64,000 nucleotides of DNA, from assembly GCA_001567515.1 (NCBI GenBank), contig LLEV01000006.1, positions 5,039-69,038 of the forward strand, in the 5' to 3' direction. Each line of letters opens with the position of its first letter. The stretch's first letter is position 1. The notes beneath the pieces are model-generated. The model was not told the DNA's origin, did no database searches, and saw nothing but the letters and a program-made list of their open reading frames with translations. Positions 20,188 through 28,117 of the stretch are shown piece by piece. Source of the DNA: Microgenomates bacterium OLB22. GTDB lineage: Bacteria; Patescibacteriota; Microgenomatia; UBA1406; HO2-37-13b. Made by a program: the position numbers and the translations under genes.

Positions 20188-21042
20188 TTACTCAGAAGGG
20201 ATACCGGGCACAAGTGCCATCCCTTTGATCAAGTACTCAGCGGCGAGATCCCAGTCTATGGGATCAAGGGCACTACCACTTGGCCGTAGTCTCCCTTGGG
20301 CATCCCAACTCAGGTCAGGAAATTCTTCCACAAGAGGCCTTACGAGCTCCACAGTGTCTGGACCTAGTCCTCCGGCGACTGCGAGGCCCAAGAGGGGGAA
20401 TGCCCTACGTAGAGCTCTCAGGTAGGGAGCTAATTCAGCCGGATTCATCGGCAATCCTTGGCCCATACTTTTATCGAGCAATACATACTGGGCTAACCCG
20501 ATATATGAAGAAACCCTTTCAACTAGCTCATCAGAGTCGTTGCCAACATCCACAAGGGCCTGTCTCCCAACTTGCAAGATGACTTTGAGCGCATGACGTT
20601 TAGTTGCTACGAGTGCTCGTGCTATCTCGCGTGGATCCGGCCATCTCATATCGAGTTGGAGAGCATTCAGCCCAGGTCCTCCGTATCCGATCGCCTTGAT
20701 GAGGCAGTCAGCTAAGTGCTCATCGTGATCGTCAAAGTCAGCATAGTGGAGACAGTTCATCACATCGGTCTCTGAAAAGATAGCTGCGATATCCCCATTT
20801 TTGGGGAAAGCAGCACTCCATTTAGTGGGGTACCCATAGAGAGTCTTGTAGCTCATCATCACACCAACGTGTAGAGTCCTGTTTGAGTTCTGCGCTCCCC
20901 CTTGAGAAAAAATCCCTTTCATCGCTGTTACCTGTGCTACGTCTGTGAAGTCAGTAATGCCAATGTACGACCTCATCTCGCTATCATCCTTTTGTGAGAT
21001 TTGAGTACCTGTTACCATAACAGGACTACTGGTACTTTTCAA
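20188..21042 (-). CDS. TrpF-like (phosphoribosylanthranilate-isomerase family) TIM-barrel protein (tentative)
   Basis: Blocks follow TrpF order: IGITDFTDVAQV (cf. ICGIT..eDA), ALQLDMRWPDP (cf. vQLHGdE.pe), YVLLDKSMGQGLPMNPAEL (cf. lLLDs..GGtGk.fdW.ll), LAVAGGLGPDTV (cf. iLAGGL.peNV). Confidence 0.45.
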   Translation of the reverse strand: MKSTSSPVMVTGTQISQKDDSEMRSYIGITDFTDVAQVTAMKGIFSQGGAQNSNRTLHVGVMMSYKTLYGYPTKWSAAFPKNGDIAAIFSETDVMNCLHYADFDDHDEHLADCLIKAIGYGGPGLNALQLDMRWPDPREIARALVATKRHALKVILQVGRQALVDVGNDSDELVERVSSYIGLAQYVLLDKSMGQGLPMNPAELAPYLRALRRAFPLLGLAVAGGLGPDTVELVRPLVEEFPDLSWDAQGRLRPSGSALDPIDWDLAAEYLIKGMALVPGIPSE

Positions 21043-21104
21043 TGGTATAATCCCTGGTGTAGGTGAGTGTAGCCTACTTTCGTACGTTAAAAGGAGAGAG
21101 GTGC

Positions 21105-21731
21105 ATGATTCCAGCTCTGGAGATTCTTGTTGTTCCAGCTCAACTTACAAAGCAAGCTCCTTTTTACACTGGCGTTGATCAGATCTGGTTTGATGGCGTT
21201 GTAGATTGGAAAATTCGTCGTCGAGTCATGTTATCGCTCCTTGCTCTCGGGGTAGGAGAGGAACAGTGCCCAACAATCGGCGAATGGGTTGCCTTATCCC
21301 TAGCTGGTGGTGTAATAGCTGGTGTTACTGGTAGACAAATAAAGTTTCCAATGGGGATCTCGTCTGAAAATCTAGAAGAGCGTACATGGGAACTCCTATG
21401 GCAGTTTGTAGGAGATGATACCGAAACAGGTCTGAGCCGTGAGTTTCGAGCGGCTATATTGCGAGGCTGTCTACCTAGGTTTGATCATAGCCCACCTGAC
21501 AGACCCTATCTGAGAACAGAGTTTGTCACCGACTGGGTATATGATCCTCCGGCCTACCCATTTATGAGTTCAGTAGGTAAGTTGACAAAGAAGGGTCAAT
21601 CCTGGGCAAGTGAAAAGTCCCTCGCACATCTCTCGCCCGAAGTAGTTGCTGATATCAAGCGAATAGCACCGTATGTCAGAGCTAGTACAGACTACGCCAT
21701 AGTATGTATCAGAGAACGGTATAGGTGGTAA
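21105..21731 (+). CDS. Hypothetical protein (208 aa)
   Basis: RBS AAAGGAGAGAGG before the ATG at 21105, with a TATAAT-like box at ~21046. No motif recognised. Confidence 0.5.
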   Translation: MIPALEILVVPAQLTKQAPFYTGVDQIWFDGVVDWKIRRRVMLSLLALGVGEEQCPTIGEWVALSLAGGVIAGVTGRQIKFPMGISSENLEERTWELLWQFVGDDTETGLSREFRAAILRGCLPRFDHSPPDRPYLRTEFVTDWVYDPPAYPFMSSVGKLTKKGQSWASEKSLAHLSPEVVADIKRIAPYVRASTDYAIVCIRERYRW

Positions 21732-21739
21732 CTCTCAAT

Positions 21740-21765
21740 GAGGCGAAGGAATTCGCCTCTTTTTT
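21740..21765 (+). terminator. Rho-independent terminator
   Basis: gaggcga aggaat tcgcctc followed by tttttt. Confidence 0.75.
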
Positions 21766-21767
21766 CC

Positions 21768-22010
21768 GCCCTCATTTATAAAATCCTAAATACGAATCTC
21801 TAATCCGCCAGCTGGCGGCTAAACAAATTCAAATGCCAAAGTTCAATCCGTCGGCCGAAGGATCAAAACATGTCATCCTTGGACTGCTGGAGCGTAGCGA
21901 TGACAGCTCTATGGATCCTCGAAGAGCAAGCGAACAAAAGATCCTGAACTAAATTCAGGCTGACCCACTTAATTTTTGACGTTTAACTTTTGAATTCTAA
22001 CGTACTCTAA
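21768..22010. repeat. Intergenic repeat mosaic 3
   Basis: Contains atccgccagctggcgg (21803-21818), tgtcatccttggactgctggagcgtagcgatgaca (21871-21905), gatcctgaactaaattcaggctgac (21940-21964) and A/C-rich runs. Confidence 0.7.
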
Positions 22011-22012
22011 GC

Positions 22013-22022
22013 TATACTATAG
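22013..22022 (+). promoter_or_regulatory. Putative -10 box TATACTATAG
   Basis: Upstream of RBS AAAGGAG and the ATG at 22078. Same motif as the other cassettes. Confidence 0.5.
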
Positions 22023-22077
22023 ACCATTAGACACAGAAGTGTTCTAAAGCGCACGTTCACTACAAAAGGAGATTAGC

Positions 22078-22737
22078 ATGCCCGTGCCCAGTTTTTTGAG
22101 ATGGCTTGATAGGAATGGATCATCGAGTAGCTCATTTTCGCTATCTCGGGGACTTGCAGTGGTTGAAACTCCTGCATTTCCAATAGCTAAGGTACCTGAG
22201 CGCTTGGTTGATGAAAGGACCCTGCGTGAGTATGAAGAGTCTGCAAAATCTATGGGGTATTCTGTAAAGGGCCTTGTTCAGATGCAGCTGCTTGATTTTC
22301 TTGTAGCACATAGCATCCCCATCTTTGACTTTAACACTTCCTATAGATGGTTGAGTCATTATCCTAGGAATAGAACTAATGCAAAGTATTGGGGATGGTT
22401 TGTCCTCGGAAATAGAACCAACGCTTCACGGTGGAACTATAACTGTGATGGTCCTACGGGAAATGGATATGGATACGGCTATAGTCAATATAGAACGGGA
22501 CTTGTTCCGAAGCCTGTATTGGATAGAGCATCAAAATTGAAGGATCGTTTCGGAGATGCCATCGAGATCTATGTGTCATGTAGGGGCATTAAAGAAGATC
22601 GCCATTTTGTCATGGCTGTGATAAAGGATCAGCAACCGAGCGAAGAAACATGCTGCATCTTTGATGCATGGGATGATGCGACATGTAGCCTCACCAGCCG
22701 TGGGGATATTCATGAGGGCGACCTATCCACGCAATAA
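22078..22737 (+). CDS. Hypothetical cassette protein, paralog of 15551-16185
   Basis: Shared blocks (IPIFDF, KDRFGDAIEIYVS, FVMAVIKD...IFDAWDD) and a Ser-rich N-terminus. Confidence 0.6.
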   Translation: MPVPSFLRWLDRNGSSSSSFSLSRGLAVVETPAFPIAKVPERLVDERTLREYEESAKSMGYSVKGLVQMQLLDFLVAHSIPIFDFNTSYRWLSHYPRNRTNAKYWGWFVLGNRTNASRWNYNCDGPTGNGYGYGYSQYRTGLVPKPVLDRASKLKDRFGDAIEIYVSCRGIKEDRHFVMAVIKDQQPSEETCCIFDAWDDATCSLTSRGDIHEGDLSTQ

Positions 22738-22749
22738 ATAGGCCAGTTA

Positions 22750-22776
22750 CCACCGCAATATAAGCGGTGGTTTTTT
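22750..22776 (+). terminator. Rho-independent terminator
   Basis: ccaccgc aatataa gcggtgg followed by tttttt, ending at the next ATG. Confidence 0.75.
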
Positions 22777-23490
22777 ATGGCATTTTTAGTATTATACTTC
22801 CCAATAATGGAAATAAAAGAAGTTAGGCCTGTAATAAGAAAGTATCTGAACAATGCTAGGGCCGGTTGGGAAAGTGCACAAGACCAAGGCTTCAGTGAAT
22901 TTACTGGTTTTCCTGAAGATGTTAAGCGTAGATTCAATACGTCTGTGTGTTTTTCTACAACATCTCACGAGGAGTTGGCAAATCGTCTTTTGGGTCCTAT
23001 AAAGGTAAAGGGAGTTGAGCTAGATATGGATTTTGCCTTAGCTGGTCGGGACTTCCCAGTCCATAGTACCATTCTTGAGCTACGAGCAAATGAGCAGCTA
23101 TCAGGTAAACAGGAAGAGGACCTTTCTATAGCCGTGTCAATGCTGCCTGAAATACAAAAACTAGAAGGGTTATATATCAACTATGATTATCTATTTATTG
23201 ATAAAGGGGGAAATATCATTTTAGCGGCAAGTGCGATCCCGGAACAGGTCTTGGCCGCAAGACAAGCTCTCGCAATAGTTGGGCAAGTAAAAGGTCTTGA
23301 GCCGTTACCCTTGACAGATATCCTCCATATTTCAATAGCACGCCCTACTCAGTTACCTAAAACTCAAGATTACGCTGAATACTATCGACTGCGTGGACTT
23401 CGTCCATCATTTCATCGTCAACCTCTTAAGATGCGGGTAGCACAGGTGAATGGACAGAATGCTTGGGATATGCTCCATGGGTCTCTATAA
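22777..23490 (+). CDS. 2H-phosphoesterase (LigT/CPDase)-like protein (tentative; real start may be the ATG at 22807)
   Basis: Two H-x-[TS]-x motifs about 90 aa apart (FPVHSTILEL and ILHISIARP), the hallmark of the 2H superfamily. Confidence 0.4.
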   Translation: MAFLVLYFPIMEIKEVRPVIRKYLNNARAGWESAQDQGFSEFTGFPEDVKRRFNTSVCFSTTSHEELANRLLGPIKVKGVELDMDFALAGRDFPVHSTILELRANEQLSGKQEEDLSIAVSMLPEIQKLEGLYINYDYLFIDKGGNIILAASAIPEQVLAARQALAIVGQVKGLEPLPLTDILHISIARPTQLPKTQDYAEYYRLRGLRPSFHRQPLKMRVAQVNGQNAWDMLHGSL

Positions 23491-23539
23491 CAGCATATAT
23501 GCTATAATAGCGCAAGCACTTTCGAGCTAGGAGGTCCAA

Positions 23540-24190
23540 TTGAATACGAGTGTTAAGGCGATGCCGCTTCCGGTTAGGGAATTCTACCATAGAGCAGTTC
23601 GGAAAAAACTAGGCCGTCTATCTTTCACACATGGGGATGACCACACGGAATCAAGAAAGAGTTTGTTTTTCATTCAATTAGAAGATCTCTATGATCTTAT
23701 GCAAGATTGGGATATAGGCGAGACTCCGACAGTATCCTCTGATGTGCTTGGCATTATTGCATTTGGCTCAGCTGTCAGGGGACCACTGATCAAAACTGAA
23801 ATATATACTCGTAAAAAGTACTATCTAATCGGTCCTAAGATCGTTATGGTAAGAGAGAAAACTGTTTCGCCGCATGACGCAGATTTCCTAGTTATCACGA
23901 GAAAAAACATTAGGCATCAGAGAACCATTTCCGCGGACTGGGCTGGTTATTACGAGCTACGTTTATTGATCAAGGGTGGGGTTCATCTCCAGGTTGGCGG
24001 AAGAGAGGACTTTCTTTCTGGTGTGCGCAGTAGAGACACCGTATGCATCAGTGCTCTTGAAGAGGGGGTACCTCTTTTTACTACTCCGGAGTTCGACGAG
24101 CTAGTTGCTGAATCTGGAATTACTCAGAAGAACCCTCGTAAGGTCCATTGGGCCCTTGAGAAAGGTAAGTTGACAGGATGGATTGAGTAG
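23540..24190 (+). CDS. Possible minimal nucleotidyltransferase-like protein (weak)
   Basis: RBS AGGAGG with a TTG start. IAFGSAVRG ... SPHDADFLVIT resembles a GS...DxD NTase signature but has an unusually long (~30 aa) insert. Confidence 0.3.
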   Translation: MNTSVKAMPLPVREFYHRAVRKKLGRLSFTHGDDHTESRKSLFFIQLEDLYDLMQDWDIGETPTVSSDVLGIIAFGSAVRGPLIKTEIYTRKKYYLIGPKIVMVREKTVSPHDADFLVITRKNIRHQRTISADWAGYYELRLLIKGGVHLQVGGREDFLSGVRSRDTVCISALEEGVPLFTTPEFDELVAESGITQKNPRKVHWALEKGKLTGWIE

Positions 24191-24200
24191 GTGTTTGATA

Positions 24201-24224
24201 GCCCCGCTGAGACGGGGTTTTTTT
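24201..24224 (+). terminator. Rho-independent terminator
   Basis: ccccgc tgaga cgggg followed by ttttttt. Confidence 0.7.
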
Positions 24225-24275
24225 ACGTCTACCTCTAGAAAAAAGTTGTCGCCACTAGTATAGTCATACTGCCAT

Positions 24276-24941
24276 ATGAACGAAGTCCGTATTGATGAGT
24301 CTTGGAAAGCTGCACTCAAAGTGGATTTCGTAAAACCTTATTGGGGGGAATTGACCGATTTTGTAAAAGGGGAGTATCATACAAAAACTGTCTATCCCCC
24401 ACCACGAGAGATATTTCGAGCGTTTGATTTATGTCCTTTTGACAAAGTCAAAGTAGTCATCGTGGGTCAAGATCCATATCATGGCCCCCGTCAGGCAAAT
24501 GGTCTCTCATTTGCCGTAGGGGAGGGGATCCCACTGCCTCCATCGCTCAAAAATATCTTCAAAGAGATCGAAGGGGATTTGGGAATCAAGACTCTTCCCT
24601 CAGGGGACCTTTCTCGCTGGGCAAAACAAGGAGTACTCATGCTCAATAGTGTGTTGACGGTAGCGGCTGGTATACCGGCCTCGCACGCAGGGAAAGGGTG
24701 GGAGCACTTTACAGATAGTGCCATCCAGATACTTAATGAGAAACGGGATCACATCGTCTTCATGCTGTGGGGCAAATATGCTCAGTCAAAGGGACTTGTC
24801 ATCGATAGGAAAAAAAATCTCGTGCTCGCTTCTGGACATCCCTCCCCTTATTCTGCACATCTCTTCATCGGAAATCATCATTTCAGCCAGTGTAATGAGT
24901 ATCTCGAAAAACACGATATGAGTCCTATTAATTGGGAATAG
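24276..24941 (+). CDS. ung: Uracil-DNA glycosylase (family 1)
   Basis: VVIVGQDPYHGPRQANGLSFAV, GVLMLNSVLTV and GHPSPYSA motifs. Confidence 0.95.
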   Translation: MNEVRIDESWKAALKVDFVKPYWGELTDFVKGEYHTKTVYPPPREIFRAFDLCPFDKVKVVIVGQDPYHGPRQANGLSFAVGEGIPLPPSLKNIFKEIEGDLGIKTLPSGDLSRWAKQGVLMLNSVLTVAAGIPASHAGKGWEHFTDSAIQILNEKRDHIVFMLWGKYAQSKGLVIDRKKNLVLASGHPSPYSAHLFIGNHHFSQCNEYLEKHDMSPINWE

Positions 24942-24944
24942 AAG

Positions 24945-25135
24945 CTAAGTAAGAAGGCAAAAGTCAAAAGTAAGAAAGCGTCATCCTGAACCTGCTTGCC
25001 CTTCCGTAGCTTAAGCGAAGGAGGGATTCAGGATCTAATTCAGTAAACTCAAAGATCGAAGATTAAATATCAAAACCAAATTAAAAGCTGAAAAACTAAG
25101 GGTTGTCATCCCAAACTTGATTTGGGATCCAGGCT
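24945..25135. repeat. Intergenic repeat mosaic 4
   Basis: gtcatcctgaacc...attcaggatc with a nested hairpin (24980-25035), tgtcatcccaaacttgatttgggatcc (25104-25130), and A-rich runs. Confidence 0.7.
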
Positions 25136-25173
25136 TTTACTTTTTACTCATATCATTACATTTCTATTCCCAA

Positions 25174-25312
25174 CCTATTTATCAGAACTGGAGCTTCGCA
25201 GTAACAGCGTATAAAGCCTCACTCCGGTGGGGCCCCTGGCATATTGCATGCCACACCCCACCTGCGTTTGGCAACACGCTGTAAACTACTATCGCTAGGT
25301 TCTGAAAATAGG
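25174..25312. other. 139-nt long imperfect hairpin (candidate structured RNA or MITE-like element)
   Basis: Nested complementary pairs: cctatttatcagaac/gttctgaaaatagg, acagcgt/acgctgt, ggtgggg/ccccacc, tggcat/atgcca. Confidence 0.3.
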
Positions 25313-25430
25313 TTTGGAGGGGGGAGATTAACTCAATGAATATTGCTAAATGATCATTTCTGACTCTTGATTTTCAATCGTAAACCACCTCGGATGGTGG
25401 CCAAAGGTCTCCTCCGAGGTGAAACTTTGA

Positions 25431-26267
25431 TTATCTAAACACTATTTTCTTCGCAATGATTTCTGCCATAAACTGATGGCCGGCCACTGAAGGATGGATA
25501 TGATCAGCAGTAGACACGAGGTCACTTCGTCCACTGCCATCATCCTTAGTTACTGATGGGGTGAACACGTCTATGAGAGGAGTGTTGGTCTCATGTGCCA
25601 CTTGTTTTGCGCTCTCTATCTGCTCGAGGATAAATCCCGTATGGGTATAGGCCGTAGTAGGATCCCAATTCACTCCTTGTGGCCCCATCCCAAAACCATT
25701 CCGCATCGGAGCTATTTCTATGAGTTGGTACACCTCTGGTGTTATCTGTTTCATCCGCTCATTGAGCGTTAACAGATCTTGATGGTGTTGATCACGATTT
25801 GGGGGAAAGTACGGGTTATAGGCAAATGACCCAACTATGATGATATCGGGGTGTATACTGCTTAGGGGGTCAAAACGTCTGTCATTATTGGCAAAATGAT
25901 TGTCAATCCGTTTTAGACCATCAGCCACTCTTTCAGATCCACGTCCGTAGTTGTACAACTCGAATTGTGTTCTGGGGTAACGGGCTTTCAGGGCAGCCTC
26001 GAGGTATTCCATCCTTTCGCCCATCGTATCTACCATCGAGTCCCCTATGATGGCAATACGGTATGATGACTTTGGTGTGGTAAAAGTCGGTATCGTTGGG
26101 ATGGGCACATAGAGAGTAGGTGTCGGTATGAAGAAGATCCCTAGCACAGAGGGTTTATCCTCCGTAGAATTGGTCTCAAGAGCTATTATACTGGTTGGAA
26201 CTTGTGCCTTTTCTGTAAAATCATGTGCTAGGCGTTGGGAGAAGAGAGTGAGTAGTCCAAGCAGCAA
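25431..26267 (-). CDS. SGNH/GDSL-family hydrolase with N-terminal anchor
   Basis: Block I IAIIGDSMVDT, block V DHIHPS, and a hydrophobic N-terminus. Confidence 0.8.
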   Translation of the reverse strand: MLLGLLTLFSQRLAHDFTEKAQVPTSIIALETNSTEDKPSVLGIFFIPTPTLYVPIPTIPTFTTPKSSYRIAIIGDSMVDTMGERMEYLEAALKARYPRTQFELYNYGRGSERVADGLKRIDNHFANNDRRFDPLSSIHPDIIIVGSFAYNPYFPPNRDQHHQDLLTLNERMKQITPEVYQLIEIAPMRNGFGMGPQGVNWDPTTAYTHTGFILEQIESAKQVAHETNTPLIDVFTPSVTKDDGSGRSDLVSTADHIHPSVAGHQFMAEIIAKKIVFR

Positions 26268-26289
26268 TAAAAGGACTATTTTTTAGACT

Positions 26290-26500
26290 AAGATTCACCC
26301 GATGCATAATTCAGTTTAATATAGTCAAGTAAGAAAGTCTCAATTCTCATTTATCAAATTTCATTGAATGTTCAATTTTCAACTGACCATTGTCATCCTG
26401 AACTTGATTCAGGATCTCTTTTCGATTTTGTTTTTAGATCCCGGATCCACACGTCGCCTACGGCTTTGCGAGGCGCGGCAAGTCCGGGATGACGGGGAGG
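26290..26500. repeat. Intergenic repeat mosaic 5
   Basis: tcatttatcaaatttcattgaatgttcaatt (also found at ~55885), tgtcatcctgaacttgattcaggatc (26391-26416), and gatcccggat...gtccgggatgac (26437-26493). Confidence 0.7.
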
Positions 26501-26546
26501 AGACTCTTGCATTCTCCAGCTTGATTCTGTAGTCTGAAACTAACCT

Positions 26547-27816
26547 ATGCGACGAATGGCGCTTCTACTATTAGTGAGTCTTATTAGCTCTTTTTATCCT
26601 TCCGTCTAGGACTCTGGCACTTGAAAAAAAAGTCCGTATCACTATCCCACTCAGCGATCACGTCATTGCGGAAAAAAGTGATAAAGATTTGATCATTCGT
26701 CTGACGAACCATATTGGGAGCACGGCTTTTGTACATGGCTTTATGTGGAAGCCCGAACGACTACTGCAGAGAGTCAGCTACTTGCCCTATGGTACTAGTG
26801 ATACGACAGCTCCAACAGATAGGCTATATACAAGCCAGCGCAGACTAGAGGATACAAATCTGTACCACTACAAGTCTCGTTTTTACAGTCCCGAGCTTGG
26901 TCTCTTCATCCAGCCAGATACTGTAGAGAAGAATGCAGATAGCTACGGCTACGTACATGGCAATCCAATCACCTACAACGATCCTACTGGAAACTGTGCT
27001 AGCTGTAAAAAACTCTGGAACTTTATAAGTGGGGTAGATGAGTACAAAGAAAAGGCAAAAATACCTGAAAAACCCGAGGAATATGCCCACAAAGCTGCAG
27101 GATTTGTTAACTCTTTTACCGGGATATTTGATCTGCTGGAGTTTGCTAGTATCCCGAATCCTGAGCAACTTGCTCTGGTAAAAAGGATAAACGCTGACAT
27201 CAAGCAGTACGTAGACAAGGATACTCACCAAATGCTTTTTGCCGTCGGGGCACTTATCCCGTTTGATGACGCAGGAAAGGCACAAGGCTTTTTCTCTAGA
27301 TTAATGAATTCACGCAAAGCCGGGGCCCTTCATTTTGGCGATATGGAGACTGCGCTGGAGACTATACGCGGGAACATGTCTGCCGCTTTGGGTAGGGAGA
27401 TTAGTATTCGTCCCCGTAATGCTGTTGACTATATTCTCACCGATCTTCCTGCCAGGGGAGAGATCGGGCCAGGTTATCGACACTTACAAAGTACGCTAGA
27501 AACAGTGTTCAATAGGACCGATATCCCAGAAGCAATAGCTGAAGATACTCTAAGTACCGTCGTAGCACATCAGTTTGTAGATGCCGCGGGGGTACTTCAG
27601 GGCGAGATTTATGGGTTCCACAATAGCTTTGATGAGCTGGCAGCCGGCACACAGCGGGGGACACCCTGGAACTTTAGACCCCATGGAGACTTGGCCCAAA
27701 GGTTAGGTGATCGCGTTGGTAATTCAAGTACTGATATAGCTATCGATAATTTTCAGATCCCTCGTCACATGCAGGATTTGCTACAATATGGGCAGTCTAT
27801 CCATGTAGATTTTTAA
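26547..27816 (+). CDS. Secreted RHS-core 'tip' protein B (orphan cassette; frame broken at T5 run 26591-26595) with a C-terminal toxin domain different from tip A
   Basis: MRRMALLLLVSLISSF in the frame of 26547 joins ..LPSRTLALEKKVRITIPLSD...NHIGST...YLPYG...YTSQRRLEDTNLYHYKSRFYSPELGLFIQPD...HGNPITYNDPTGN. The linker is conserved with tip A up to ..PFDD, after which the sequences are unrelated. Confidence 0.8.
26870..27270 (+). repeat. Direct repeat copy 2 (homologous to 10380-10783)
   Basis: See copy 1. Confidence 0.8.
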
Positions 27817-27817
27817 T

Positions 27818-28117
27818 ATGACTGAATCGGGAACAGAAGGGGCAATACTCATCGATATGGGTCAGGATCGTGTAGGTGTAGAAGAAGCAGTCCTAAGAGC
27901 TGTCAGAGCAATTCGTGAGCAACAGGGTGAAAGTATGGATCCTTTTCTAGAAGGGTTAGTTCGTAGTGGTATTCATGCCCAGAGGGTAGAAGATAGCACT
28001 TCTGGTGTTATGGACTCCGTTGTAGATATGATTCTGGAAGAAACTTCTCGAGATGGCAAATCTCCCGAAGAAACTGAAGCATTCCAGGCATATATAGCTA
28101 GGTGGCGAAGAGACTGA
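27818..28117 (+). CDS. Small acidic protein, putative immunity protein for tip B
   Basis: The ATG lies 1 nt after the toxin stop. 99 aa, rich in D/E. The position is typical for polymorphic-toxin immunity genes. Confidence 0.5.
   Translation: MTESGTEGAILIDMGQDRVGVEEAVLRAVRAIREQQGESMDPFLEGLVRSGIHAQRVEDSTSGVMDSVVDMILEETSRDGKSPEETEAFQAYIARWRRD

Noticed and set aside
11340-26500. Chromosomal integron (cassette array between the RHS tips)
   Set aside because: There is no intI integrase or attI. The genes carry their own promoters, RBSs and terminators. Both orientations occur, and the intervening hairpins do not fit attC R''/L''-L'/R' organisation (no GTTRRRY cores).
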